From NCBI RefSeq assembly GCF_009914755.1, contig NC_060931.1: a DNA stretch of 64,000 nucleotides; one strand, 5' to 3'. The notes under the pieces are model-generated. The model was not told where the DNA came from and did not search any database. It saw only the letters and a program-made list of their open reading frames with translations. Shown piece after piece: positions 1 through 64,000 of the stretch (the first letter of the stretch is position 1; each line of letters starts with the position of its first letter). This stretch comes from the human T2T-CHM13v2.0 reference genome, Homo sapiens. The position numbers and the translations under genes were made by a program.

Positions 1-118
1 TGTGTTCTCATTGTGAATATGTTTTTATGCTTCTTTTTATAGTGATATAGGCATTTTTTATTACACATAATCTATAAGCCTACCTTTGCCAAGGCTATAT
101 AATATTTCATTCAGTATA

Positions 119-868
<750 letters not shown>

Positions 869-969
869 TAGTATGAACATTTTTACCTTACTACTCTTTC
901 ACTTTCCAAAAGAGTTAGGCTGTTGAGACCTCCACTGGCAGGGTATTAGAGTCCTATTGTTCCACTCAT

Positions 970-1350
970 GGGTTCAGGTCTCTGCTCAAATATCTCCTCA
1001 GAGAAGCATTCTCTGATCAGCCTGTCTGAAGTGGCATTCCCTCCTCTCACGAAGGAGATTCAAAATATTTAGCAGTAACCATCAGAAGAGACTGAGTCAT
1101 CCGCACCAGCAGAATGTCAGCCTGTCTCTCCGCCACTCCCATCAGGCCCTCTTTGTCTCTTTATCATGCTTTATCTTTATCCATAACACTCCTTGTTTTC
1201 TGACATTATATTTGTTTGTTATTTTTCCCTTTCATTCGTATATAAGCTCCATGAGAAGAGGAGTCTTGATTCTTTTGTTAACCTCATATCCCCACATGTA
1301 GAACGGTGCCTGGCACACTAACAGCAGTCACAGTATTTTAGGTGAATGAA
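970..1350 (+). mobile_element. L2 3' fragment
   Basis: taagctccatgagaag...gaacggtgcctggcacac...gtgaatgaa, typical L2 3' end. Confidence 0.65.
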
Positions 1351-2922
1351 AAAAAGAATGCATTGATTTTTACCTAAAAGGAAAATACTCTTTTTAATAG
1401 TCCTTTCCTTGTAAACCTGACACTTTATAGGCGATGTTACTTAACATAATAAATTTACTAGTTTTGGCAAAATATCTGTTCTTAGTTTTTTTCTTTGGTA
1501 ACACCTTTGTAAATTACTCCAGTTGAAAAAGGAAGTTCTAATGCATCTCCAGTTTTAAATCATGGAGAGCAGTTTTGAAACCTCAAAAGTAGTATTAATC
1601 AGGAGCATAATCCATCCCTTTAGCTACCTCCATAAGGACTACAGAGTCCATCATAGTTCCAATATGATACTTCTTGAGATACTGTGACAGCAGCTTCTTC
1701 ATGTAAAATCAATGCAAACATTTAACAGATGCATGTTCTGCTCAAATTATACAGTGAAAATCTTACTGAATTTTAGTATTTCTTATCTGAAAGCCTCAAA
1801 TCTCTTAGTACCTATTATGACAGGCTATTTCTCTAATACACAAAACTTGGAAACTATAATCTCTTTACTAGCAGATAAATTTAAAAATGTGATATTAGAA
1901 TTGAATTCTGCTTACAAATAGCGCATCAGAAATATTAAGCATTTATTGAATTGAACTTAACTCTTTAGGGAAAATGGAAAATCTGCACATTTGTCAAGAT
2001 AAACAAAACATGCTTTTTAATATTATAAACCATGATTGATTATTATCATTCATTTGCTAATTGCAACATATTCTGGTACATTAGAGATCTCTTCCTCATT
2101 AGTATGATATGGGTGTGTTAGGGTGGCATTAAATGTTAAGACATATAAATGTAAGACACTGCACCAGTTTTAAGAATCTAAACATCCTTGACATTAAATT
2201 GTAGTTACCAAGGGTTTTTTGTTTTTTTTTTTAAGAAAAACATTTTTAAAAAAATAAGATTTGGAAGTGGGAGTAAGAAAAACTGTAGGTGTTAAATTGA
2301 AACTTCTTGTTACATACAGAAAATTATCAGTCCATCAGCTGTGACACATTCTAAGCAGGCCACAAGAAGCACAGACTGACCTTAGAGAACTGCTCCAAAT
2401 ACGCTAATTTGAAATATTTTACTTTTGCATGAGCCATTCCCAGTATCTCTCAGATTTCTATTATCTTGCTTCAATCCTAGGAGAGTTGCTTTAGTTCTGA
2501 ATTATCCATACAAAGAGATGAACTGATGCAAGTAATTGTTATCCTCATTGCTAATTTATTTAATAAAGCCTTGTAGTGAAAACTATCAGCATTAAAGTTC
2601 TTTATGAAAAATATTAAAATAGCAAAGTCTGTTATAGCACCTTCAAGGAAGTAACTTAAGAGACTTAGGAAGTTAAAACTGTATGTTTCCTGGGCTTTTT
2701 AAAGAATGTTAAATGAAAAAAGTTCCACATTTTGTCTACATGGCATTCTAGTTTTATGTCCAAGGGGATACATAAAAAGAATCAATAAAACACCTAGAGA
2801 AGAAAATGAACTGTTAAAATAATTATTAAGGCCGTTGAGGAAATATTGACAAGGCCAATGAGAAAGATTAACTAGGGTAAATCTCTGTGTATTCACAGCC
2901 ACTCACCCTCTAGGGAACCTTT

Positions 2923-3437
2923 CTGCAGCAAATTATATTTTCCAAAAACAGCCAGACAGTATCTATCTTCTGTCCTGTATGTGACTCTTTGAAACTCATC
3001 CCATTGAGAAGCAGGGTCTATGGTCCCTCCTCTTGGATCTATGGTGAAAGTGATGCTATGTGACTTCCAATCCCAAGTCACAAAAGAATCAGTTTCTGCC
3101 TGATTCTCTTGGAATGTTTGCTCCTGGAGCAGCCCCACCATGCTGTGTCAAAGCTGCATAGCCATGGAAAGACCTACATCAAAGAAACCAAGGCCCTGGC
3201 CCACGGCTCCAGATGAGCTTCCAGGCAGAACCATTTTGTCAGCTATGTAGGCAAGCTGTCATGAAATGGATTCTCCAACTTTGTATCAACACATCTCAAG
3301 TGACACTACATGGACCAGAGACCAGCTGTTTGCACTGAGTCATGCCCAAATTATAGGTTGATGAGCAAAATAAGTGACTACTGTTTTAAGACACTACATT
3401 TTGGGGTAGTGTGTTACACAGCAATAGTAACTAGAAC
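2923..3437 (+). mobile_element. MaLR LTR (MLT1 family)
   Basis: gtgatgctatgtgacttcc...accatgctgtg...ttttggggtagtgtgttacacagcaatagtaactagaaca, MLT1-type end. Confidence 0.75.
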
Positions 3438-4469
3438 ACTTCCTACACTTCAAAGCCTAAAATGCTAGCAACTCTTATTTCCCAGACTGCTTCGCAGCTA
3501 GGGTCCTGGATGAAGTATGTTCCACCACATACAGGGAGTCACAGGTCTGGAAACACAATGTTATTTTACCATGCATTATAATGTAATATTAAATGATTTA
3601 TCATATATTTATTCATGCTTTCTGACTTGCTGGCTACCCTGGAAATGCCCTTACACAGATTTAGAAGACAGAAATTCACAGAAGCCCTCTTCCTGCCCTC
3701 TTGGACCCTGCTGGTAAGAAGATTATAAAGATATAATTTTTCTGCAACAGGGTTCTAGTACCTAATTTTGGAACCATGGCAGCAAGGGCAGTAGCTTCTG
3801 ATTCTAGCTTCCCAATCCTGGGACCCTAGCTATGTGTATACACTCTTGGTCTTCGTGCCTTGTATGAAGTTTTCTTTAAAATACCTAGAGTGGTTTCTGC
3901 TCCCTGCTCCAAATTCAGCAAACTGGAAAAGAATGGTCTAAATGATGCTATGACCATCCAATCATTTTTTCAAGTATCTTTTCTTCTGATACTGCAGTAG
4001 CCTCAGAATATGTCTTCTTCTGGCTCTTTCCCCTTTCCCTGATTCATTCTCAACACTCAGTCGAATAAATCTTTTAGAAGCATAAAGCTGATCCTATCAG
4101 CCCCCTGTAATGTCAACCATGAAATGACCTAAACCTATGGTTACACAATGATGTTGATAGTCAGGGCTGGCTCAGACTCATACTGATGCTCTTTACCCAC
4201 CCTCATGTTTTGGGGAAATTTTCACACAAACTCCAAGAAGGAAAAAAATGATAGAGAAGAATGTGTCTCTTTAGCATTACTATCCAATGTTCAAATATAA
4301 CCTAAAGCTGCATTACATACAAGCCAAGCCTGTAACAACTTTCCCTTATCTCCACCTCAACCTTCAACACATCTTCGTACCATGGCTTTTAAATGTCAGT
4401 ACTATTCTGCAATATTTGTATATGCCAGAATTAAATAATCATACCATATATATGCCATAATTGTTTGTT

Positions 4470-4665
4470 TTTATGTATAATTTTAATTGTATATAGTTAT
4501 ACATAAATTGACATCTCTGTTCAGAAATTATATATAATTATTTATATATATAAAACAAGCAATTATATATGATATAATTAATTATATATGGTACAATTAT
4601 ATATAATTAAAATTATATATATAGCAAATTTATACAGTATTATATATATTTATGTATATATAATT
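4470..4665. repeat. AT-rich (TA-type) low-complexity tract
   Basis: Direct inspection. Confidence 0.75.
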
Positions 4666-4719
4666 TCTGCTATGTGCTAGGCACCGTGACAGGTGTTGAG
4701 GATACATTGGAGTCTAGTG

Positions 4720-5150
4720 GAATCTTAGTTTGGATTGCTATAGAAGCAGAACCTGTGACAAGAATTTAATGCCTGTCAGGAGGAAAATGAGTCAGGGAAG
4801 GAAAGACAGCTGATAACAGATGTAGTATCAGTCAAGTTCCTCAAGTGGATAACTGGAATATAATCCCTTTGTAGAATTCTGGGAGCCAGTAGAAGACATC
4901 CACATCCAAATTATCCCATCCAAAAATCTAACGAGCTAGCCTATTGATATATCAGCTCCCATGGGTCATTGGTTGGCTGAAGAGACTGGAAGTGAGGAGG
5001 GTCACAATTCCTGGCATTTCTGGGCTGCTGTGATTATGAGCAAAGAGAGTTTTCACTGTCAAAGAAAGCCTTCAGGCAAAGAGAGGCTGACGGTTGGAAG
5101 TCCAAAGTGTGCAGTGTGATGGTAAGGCCAAGATGTGAGTGCAACTGGTG
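4720..5150. mobile_element. Old MaLR-like LTR fragment
   Basis: tcttagtttggatt...agaagcagaacctgtgacaagaattt resembles old MLT1 termini. Confidence 0.45.
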
Positions 5151-5559
5151 TGCTAGAAATAGTTTTGTCTGTATGGTGTATGACTCAGCGGGGATTTATT
5201 TATTTATTTATTTATCTATTGACCTTGGAAAGGGAAATCAAAGACTGCTTTTATTGATGCACAAATAGACCCACCCATGATTTGAAAGGGATGATAATAT
5301 TAACATAATCATTATCATCAAAGCAAATTAAAATGCAAAGGTATCTGAAATGGCTTTACAGTTATATGATGCCTTAATAAATTAAGGAAACTGATTGCTC
5401 TGAGTGGCTTCTTTCAGTGGGGATTTATTGTTTTTCACCTTCACCTACCAGATGTCAGCAACACCCTGCCCCAAGTCTGTAACAACGAAAAATCTTCCAC
5501 ATATTTTCAAAAGCCTACAGTCAATGAAATCACAGAGTAATTCGTGTTATGAAAAAAAT

Positions 5560-6510
5560 AGTATAGGGTCCTTTAGAAATACCTTACACTTGTGAATCCT
5601 CAAGAAAGTAACTTCTAAGCTACAACCTAAAAAGAGGACTAGGAGTTAACCAGGTAAAAGGTTAGGAGGAGATGAATGGGTAAAAAAAACACAACCAGAA
5701 AAGGCTCAAAAACAAGAAAGGGCAAGTCTATTCAAGGAGGTGAAGGAAGTTCAGGAATTGGATAATATTTTGTAAGGAGGTGGGCAATGATGAGATGAGA
5801 CTATAAAGATATACAGGGGGACATTTATGCTGAGCCCTGGAGGCTATAATACGTCTGAATTTTATCCTGGGAGGAATGGGGAGACAGCTGAGAGTAAGAA
5901 CATGACCATATTTGCAGTTTTGAAAGATTAATGTGTCTACTGTGAGAAGAATGGTCATTAGGGGAGTAATTCTGGAGAGAGGGAGGCCAGGTGAAAGACT
6001 GTCACAATGATCCATATAAAATATAATAGCAGCCTGACCAAGACAAGTTGTATGTGGGTAGAAAGACTTGGAGCCAATACGTTTAATAGAGAAGAGAAAG
6101 TCCTGATTTGGTGAATGTGGAAGTGAGAGAAAAGAGAGCATCAAGGATTATGTAGAGAGCAACTAGGGTGATAGTGGTTGCCAGTTCCTGAAATGAGTAA
6201 TCACATGAAGGATCCATTTAGCAGTCCTAGCTTGGCCCCATTGAGAAACACTAATTTATAGTATAAATTTTTAAATTTACATTGAGTTTAAGAAGTCTTG
6301 GAAATATCTGAACAGGGATGTCAAGTAGATAGTAGTACAGATAATCTGAAGCTCAGGTGAGAAAATTGGGATTGATTTAAGACGTAGGTGGCATTCGATG
6401 CCATGGGTAGGATACATGCACCCAGGAAGAACACAGAGAGAGAGAGAAAAAAAAAAGCCAGAGAAGAAATCCGAAAAACATCAATAATTACCATATGGAC
6501 AGATAAATAA
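5560..6510 (-). mobile_element. L2 fragment
   Basis: Purine-rich reverse-complement L2 body (ttttgaaagatt...ggaggccagg...gtcaagtagatag). Confidence 0.6.
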
Positions 6511-8289
6511 GAGGATGCAAAGCATCACCATCTTTATTAAGCATCTTACATGATGAACCATTTGCACAATTTTCACCAGATTCATAGTCCAGAACTAAAC
6601 AGAACCACCGTGGCAGCCAAACATTTTCTAACATTGCAAAGTATGAACAATCCATGCCCCTGGGAGTTGCTATTCTCTCATCTTTTCTGTTGGTCTTCCC
6701 CAGGTTTTACAGCACCTATTTCAGTTACTTTCCCAGCTCCCATTTGACTTCTACCTCCTTTTAATTATTTCTCTCAAGGAGAATAAATCTTTTATCAATA
6801 GTTTGCTATTAAGGCAAGCATGATTTTTTTCTTTGTCAAGGTTATGAGGTTTCTATGGGGGTTTGTTTTACCCTGTGCCAGGTTCACTGTGAATCAGGCT
6901 CAGATTATTGGAGCCAAGGGTCTGGTTAGTTGTGCCTGGCAACAGCCCAGAATCATCTCCAATGTAACAAAGAGGAGCGCAATATCAATTCAGCTTCATG
7001 AGCTCTCAGGCTGGGAGTGGGATTCCCAGGGTTTATGAATTTGTTAGCTGGTGATGTAGCACACACTGTCAATTAACATGAAACTAGAAGGTACTAGAAA
7101 CCTTCGATTTTACTACACTGACAACTTAAACCGGGAGGATGTAACCTCTTGATCTAAAAAGTTAGGACTGTGTTTTGTAATTCTTGCTAATTAATGAAAA
7201 TTAAGAATGGGTATTAGGACTAAAACAAGATTGGAAAAAGGAAGTTATTAGATTAATTGTCAGTAACTAACAAGTATCACTCCAGAACAGCCAGCTTTTC
7301 TCACTGGATTCCTTCCACTGGAGTTCAGATCTGGTAGATGTAGTTCCACTGCAAACAATCAGCAAATGTAAGCCACTAACACTATACAAAACATAAAGAT
7401 AAGATTACCTTGCACAGATGTGTAAATTACGCATTGCATCTAAAGGAGAACTAATCATATCATAGACGTTAAAGATTTCTGTATTCACAATAGCAATTTT
7501 CCATTAGAGGGTAGCAAAGTGTTTTACTCTAATACATTGTATATTTAGGAACAATTTTTTGACCAGTAGAAGTGTCTTGAGAAGGAATGCCTTGTTCTAA
7601 TTTTCAAAAAGACACCATATGGACTAGTGGTGGGCCCTAAGTCATCCATCCTAGAAGATGTTTTAAAAATCAGGGTGCTCCCAAATTGTTTCAAGTATTT
7701 TGAGTGTCTCCAAATGATGATCAAATTTCAACATTAAGTCTTATCACCTGAGGCAAGTCATTTAACTTTATGAGGCACATTTTCTCTTCTCTGAAGTCAG
7801 AGGCTTGGCCAAATGATTGTTGTGGTCTTTTTCATCTCTTCAACCACTTTATGTAGCAGATAAATCTATGGCTTGTTTAAGCGGCATGGATCTTTGAGGA
7901 GTCTTCCAAAGGTATCCAAGAAATTGAAAAAATATATCAAAGTTAAGATCGTATTAACTAAACATAAACTTCAGGCAAAAACTGTATTGTAAAAGAGAGA
8001 AGAACAACCCACTTGTGTTTTTTAACATCTACTAAGTGGCAAGCATTTCTCTCTCATTATCTCATTAATTTTTATAATCATCCCGGGAGTTACCGTTATC
8101 CTCATTTCATAAAGAAGAGAACAGCTAGTATGTTGTAGAGCCATTCACATTGTGTAGTATGATCTAGTGTCTCTTTAACCTAGAACAAGGAAAAATGGAT
8201 AATACAAATATTGGTATTATCTAAAAAAGAACAAAAGAGGCAGAAAGATCTGAAACATGTGAGCATTAAGTCTACCAGAATGGTTAGAC

Positions 8290-8505
8290 CAAGGGCCCAC
8301 AAACTGGCTCGAGGGTCACGTCTGCCTATCACTTGCTCTTGCAAATAAGGTTTTATTGAAACACAGCCATGCCCATTCATTTATGTACTGTTTATGGCTG
8401 CTTTCATAATATATAGGCAGAAATAAACAGTTGTGATATCTTTGGTCAGCAAAGCCTAAAATGTTTATATCTGACTTTCACAGAAAAATAATTGTGGACT
8501 CCTGG
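8290..8505. mobile_element. MER58-like hAT-Charlie element
   Basis: aaataaggttttattgaaacacagccatgcccattcatttatgtactg. Confidence 0.8.
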
Positions 8506-8574
8506 TGAAGCTATATGTTGATATGCCTATAACCATAACCTGCTCATTCATTCCCAAATCCTATCACCACCACA

Positions 8575-8819
8575 TTTATTATTATTTTATACTTTAAGTT
8601 CTAGGGTACATGTGCACAACGTGTAGGTTTGTTACATATGTATACATGTGCCATGTTGGTGCGCTGCACCCATTAACTCGTCATTTACATTAGGTATATC
8701 TCCTAATGCTATCCCTCTCCCCTTCCCCTACCCCACGACAGGCCCCGGTGTGTGATGTTCCTCTTCCTGGGTCCAAGTGTTCTCATTGTTCATTTCCTAC
8801 CTATGAGTGAGAACATGTG
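8575..8819 (-). mobile_element. Young L1PA 3' UTR fragment, 5'-truncated
   Basis: tatactttaagttctagggtacatgtgcacaacgtg...; TSD caccaccac[a/c]tttattatt on both sides. Confidence 0.92.
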
Positions 8820-9460
8820 CACCACCACCTTTATTATTAAAGGTACTGCAGGAAAATTTGTTATTGAGGGATAATGTAGTGTTTAATTACATATAGCTGT
8901 ATTCAAGCTTACTGACATTGCCTTTTCTATTACCACGTTTAACACTAACATTAAATCAGCTCTTCAAATCAAATCCCCTTTAATTCTCATTGTCATCATA
9001 AAGCACAAACTAGTTAACTACACTGAGAGCTCAACTGGATCCCAGTTCTGACACAAAGTGCTAGTTTCTCAGTTCCCAATTAATCTGGGCGCCGTTTTAG
9101 ATAGTGAAATCAATATGACACGAGTTGTATTTCCTAATCAATTGGGTCGAACTGAATGTCATGGTAAGAAAAATTCCACAACAAAATGTTTTTACTTATT
9201 AATAGATTATTGATCTCCATATATTATCTGTGACAGGTGGGACCAGGCCTTAATCAATTTTGATTGTTTTCAAATAGCAGGAGATGTTTTCTCAACTGTC
9301 ATATACCTCACATGTAGTACCTGCTTCTTTCAAGGGCAGAATTAGTTTCACGTGCCAGGATATGAGCACAATTTGTGAAGTTTAAAAAGGTGCTTACTTT
9401 GTATCTCTAAAGGCAAGAGATTTTTTCCCCAAGAAGCAAACAAACAAATTGCATTTGTAA

Positions 9461-9466
9461 TTTAAT
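9461..9466 (-). terminator. Candidate distal poly(A) signal ATTAAA
   Basis: tttaat on +; a U/GU-rich stretch follows on the minus strand (complement of aagaagcaaacaaacaaa, 9431-9448). Confidence 0.5.
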
Positions 9467-11612
9467 TTTTTATAACAACTTGAGATAAAATCTACATACC
9501 ACACAGTTCAAACATTCAAAGTATACAATTCAGTGGTTTTTAGTATATTCAGAGTTGTGCCACCATTACCACAATCAACTTTACAACGTTTACATCACCC
9601 CAAAAAAGAAACCCCATACTAATTAGCAGTCACCCCTTTGTCCTCCCCAACCCTTCAGCCTAAGCAACCACTAATCTGCCTTCTCTCTATATATATTCGC
9701 CTGTTCTGGACATTTCATATAAATGAAATCATATAATATGTGGCCTTTCATGTCTGGCATTCTTCACTTGATATGTTTTCAAGGTTTTTCCATGTTGTGG
9801 TGCATATCAGTACTTCATCTCTTTTTTTATTGCTGAATAATATTCCTTGTATGGATATGCCACGTTTTGTTTATTCACTTGTTAGTTGATAGAAATTAGG
9901 GCTGTTTCAATTTTGGGCTATTATAAATAATGCTGCAAAGAACATCTGTGCACAAGTTTTTGTGTAGACATTTGTTTTTATATCACGTGGGTATCCACCA
10001 ACAGTGCATGAGGGTTCCAATTTCTCTGCATCCTCACCAACACTTGATATTATCACTTTGATTATATATCTATTCCAGTGAGTGTTAAGTGATATCTCAT
10101 TGTAGATCTCATTTGCATTTCCCTGATGGCTAGTGATGTTGAGAACCTTTTCATGTGCTTATTGGCCTTTTGTGTATCTTCTTTGGAGAACTGTTAATTC
10201 AGATCTCTTGTTGATTTTTAAAAATTGAATTATATGCCTTTTAATTATTATTGTAACAGTTCTTTACATATTCTAAATACAAATTCCTCCCTTAACTAAT
10301 ACATGATTTTAAAAAAAATTATCTCATTCTGTGGGTTGTATTTTTGCTTTCTTGATATTGTCCTTGGAAACACAAATGGTTTTAATTTTAATTTACCTAT
10401 TTTCTTCTTTTGTTGCTTGTGTTTTTAGTGTCATTTATTTAAGAAATCATTGCCTAATTCAAAGTCAGAAAGATTTACGCCATGTTTTCTTTGAAGATAC
10501 TTATAATATTAGCTCTTACATTTAGATCTTAGGTCAACTTTGAGTTAATTTTTATATGCAATATGAGGTAGGAGTCCAATTTCATTATTTTGCATGTGGA
10601 TATCCATGTTTCCAAGCATCATTTAATGAAAAAGACTATTTTGCCCCCATTGAATTGTCTTAGCACTATTTTCAAAAGTCAGTTGATGATAAATGTGATC
10701 AATATTTCTGGATCCTCAATTATATTGGTATTTTACTCTTTCTGATGCTGTCAATTTTTTTCTTTTCTTTTTTGTTTTTTTTGAGTCAAGGTCTAACTCT
10801 GTCATCCAGGCTGGATTGCAGTGACCCAGTTATAGCTCATTGCAGCTTCGAACTTTGGGGCTCAAGCCATCCTTACACCTCAGCCTCTGAGTAGCTGAGA
10901 CGACAGATGAGTGTCATCACATCCAGCTGTTTTTTGTTTGCTTGTTGTTTTTTGTTTGTTTGTTTTTGTAGAGATGGGATCTCACTGTTTCCCAGGCTGG
11001 TCTCCTGGCCTCTAGCAGTCTTTCTGCCTCAGACTCCCAAAGTGTTGGGATTACAGGCACAAGCCACCAAGCTTGACCATTGTTGAAAATTAAATTGTTT
11101 TCTTAACATCATTTTTGATTTATTCATTGATACTATATTGAAAGATAACCAATTTCTGCATATTTAATCCTGTATCCTGTAACTTTGCTGAATTTATTTA
11201 TTAATAAATCATGCCTTTGGATTTTCTATAGTTTTCCCTTGGATTACTATGCACAAAACCACCATATCGTCTCCCATCTCTATTTAGTTATACTTCTTCC
11301 TTTCCAACCTAGATGACTTTTATTTTATTTTCTTGCCTAATTGCCCTTTCTTGACTGTCCAGTACAAGTTGAATAGAAATGGCCAAAGCAGACATCCTTG
11401 TCTTGTTTCTGATCTCAGGGGGAAATAATCCAGTCCTTCACCATTAAGTATGATGCTAACCATGGGTTCTTCATAGATGCCCTTTATCAGGTTGAGGAAG
11501 TTTCCTTCTATTCCTAGTTTGTTGAGGGTTTTTTATTTTTTATTTTTTATTGTGAAAGGGTGTTGAATTTTGTTAAATACTTTTCCTGTGCCTAATGAAG
11601 TGATCTTGTAAA
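9467..11612 (-). mobile_element. Old L1 (L1MB-like) 3' portion, interrupted by an Alu
   Basis: L1MB-type 3' end and ORF2-end reverse complement; 12-bp TSD ttgtaatttaat at 9455-9466 and 11613-11624. Confidence 0.85.
10755..11077 (-). mobile_element. AluJ-like element nested in the L1
   Basis: Diverged Alu reverse complement with poly-T. Confidence 0.9.
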
Positions 11613-11618
11613 TTGTAA

Positions 11619-11624
11619 TTTAAT
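11619..11624 (-). terminator. Candidate proximal poly(A) signal ATTAAA
   Basis: tttaat on +, inside the second copy of the 12-bp TSD ttgtaatttaat. Confidence 0.35.
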
Positions 11625-11861
11625 CTTATCTATTCTCATGTCCAAACACTCAAGAGAAAACTATAAGGAACTATATTTACAAAATAAATCATAACTTTAC
11701 AAAAAGGGCATAAAATAGCATTTTGGCAAAAACTTAACTTAGGTAATCTGAAGGTATCTAACTGTATCAATTTTAAAAATATAAAAATATAGCTTTATGA
11801 CGAAATTTTTTCTGATTAAAAAAGTAAAACTTCATTTGCTGGTTATAAGACAATATGTTCA

Positions 11862-12240
<379 letters not shown>

Positions 12241-12393
12241 TTAAAATAAAGATTTATAGTTCAAAAAGTACATTGTGTTAACCAAAACATATTATGCTTT
12301 ATACTTTAAAACAGCACATTAGCAAACCCATTTATCACACACATGTTCAGAGGTGTATTGCCTGGGAAGAAAAAAACAAAATATAATTCCCAA

Positions 12394-62484
<50,091 letters not shown>

Positions 62485-63599
62485 CTAACAGAAGCTACCA
62501 TCAGGTATACCATGAAATATTTAGAAAACGCCAGGTAGCAAACCAATGGTAGGCTTGTAATTAGAAATGAAAAAATGTTTGTAGCAGGTGCTATACCCCC
62601 CTTGATGGTAAGCAATGAAATAATAAAGGTAGAATTTCCTTTACCTTTCTGCCCCGACCCACCCAGCACCATCTATAAACATGTCTAAAGCCCCTCTCAT
62701 CCTTACATCCTTCCTTCTGGTCAAATAAAACAGATCCATTTTGAGACGAATCTCTGTGACCTAGATCCCAGCTTCTCTCATGTCCTCCAAGACCACTCTT
62801 CTTGAACTATTACCTCTTTCTTGCATCATCCATCTTTACATTCTTTCTCAACCATTCTAAGTACACTCAGGTCTCTTCTACCTGGAAAATAACACTCTCT
62901 TTCAACCTGGGAAATAACACTCTCTCTCAAGTCCAAGCACAGATATTTTTCTCTCTCCTCCTCCTTCTCCTCTCTTTTTCTTTTTCCCTCTCCTTCCTTT
63001 TACAGGCAACCTTCCTATTAAAAGTAGTACAGGATTCCTTCGAGTAGCTCAAGATAAAACCTGGAGTGATTCCTGACTCCTCTCCTTTTCTCATATTCCA
63101 CCTTTATGTCATTTATCTTCCTTGCCTTCACTAAAAACATATTCTTCCTCTTTCCTTGAAAACCTTTCCTCTCTCAGGAAAGCATTAGTAATTCATGCTT
63201 AAAACATATTAGTGTATTGTAATTATACACTATTTTAAACAGTAATTTTATTTCCTCAAAGATCATATAATTTTTATTATGTTCATGAATTTAAGAATGT
63301 TTATCATTCTTCCAACTCCAAGTAATTGGTTACAAAATGCTGCCCAAAAGCAGCCCTGTTAGGTCAGTTTTTTTTAATTTTCTTATAATGAACAAAAGTT
63401 AAAATAACAAAAAAAGTTCCTAAAGTAATTTATAATTACTTTATTTGCTTAAAGTGGAACATTCTTCCTATAGTATTATTTCCATTAATTACTTTTGAAC
63501 TTATTCTTTAGAAATACTACAAATTAACTGTCACCCTGGTCTACTGTATTTGGAATCAATTGGAAGTATTTTACACTCCTATATAATAGGTATTTTCCA

Positions 63600-64000
63600 T
63601 TGCTTTTACTGTTTATGAACCCTCCAATCCTCTGCCCTAATCTCGGATCCTAGCTCTAACATCTGGAAGATGTGGACCTTAGACTTCTTTTTCTATACTC
63701 CCTTCCTAGGCTCATCCAGTCTCGTGGCTCTAGACACCACCTGGTCTCTCACAACTACAAAATGTATGTCAGGAGAAGCCGCCCTCCTGAGCTTCAGACT
63801 CATATCCAACAGCCCTCTTAGATTATCCCTTTGAATGTCTAATAGAATATTAAACTTGGCAGACCCTAAACTCAACTCTTGATTTGCCCACCGAAGCCTT
63901 TTTCTCTTGTAATGGCATCATGTCATTCCATGACAATTGCTTCAAGTAGCTCAGGCCAAAACCTGGAGTCATTCCTGACTGCTCTCCTTTTTTCATATTC
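63600..64000 (+). mobile_element. L2 fragment running off the window edge
   Basis: cctcctgagcttcagactcatatccaac...caggccaaaacctggagtcattcctgact. Confidence 0.7.

Overview
Primate (human-like) genomic DNA carrying the 3' part of AASS (alpha-aminoadipic semialdehyde synthase, the bifunctional lysine-ketoglutarate reductase / saccharopine dehydrogenase, LKR/SDH) on the minus strand. I traced 21 coding exons, numbered 4-24 from the known gene structure, from 62367 down to the TAA stop at 12394-12396. All have GT-AG boundaries and consistent phase, and they total 2394 nt (797 codons plus stop, about residues 130-926). Exons 1-3 lie beyond the right edge. About 9 kb at the left is downstream or intergenic sequence. 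The rest is intronic and rich in Alu, L1, L2, MaLR/ERV LTR and DNA-transposon relics, plus a U7 snRNA retro-pseudogene. The most notable unexplained structures are: (1) a ~520-bp-arm, ~90% identical inverted repeat in intron 15 with no recognisable transposon origin and a transversion-rich difference spectrum; (2) an L1 target-site duplication that copied an ATTAAA poly(A) signal so that the two copies flank one member of an inverted Alu pair in the 3' UTR; (3) a nested, 5'-inverted L1 with an apparent 3' transduction in intron 11; (4) a sense-oriented solo LTR with CCAAT, TATA and poly(A) motifs in intron 4; and (5) several local duplications and hairpins. Repeat subfamily names come from memory of consensus sequences and repeat boundaries are approximate. 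No prokaryotic-type system is present.
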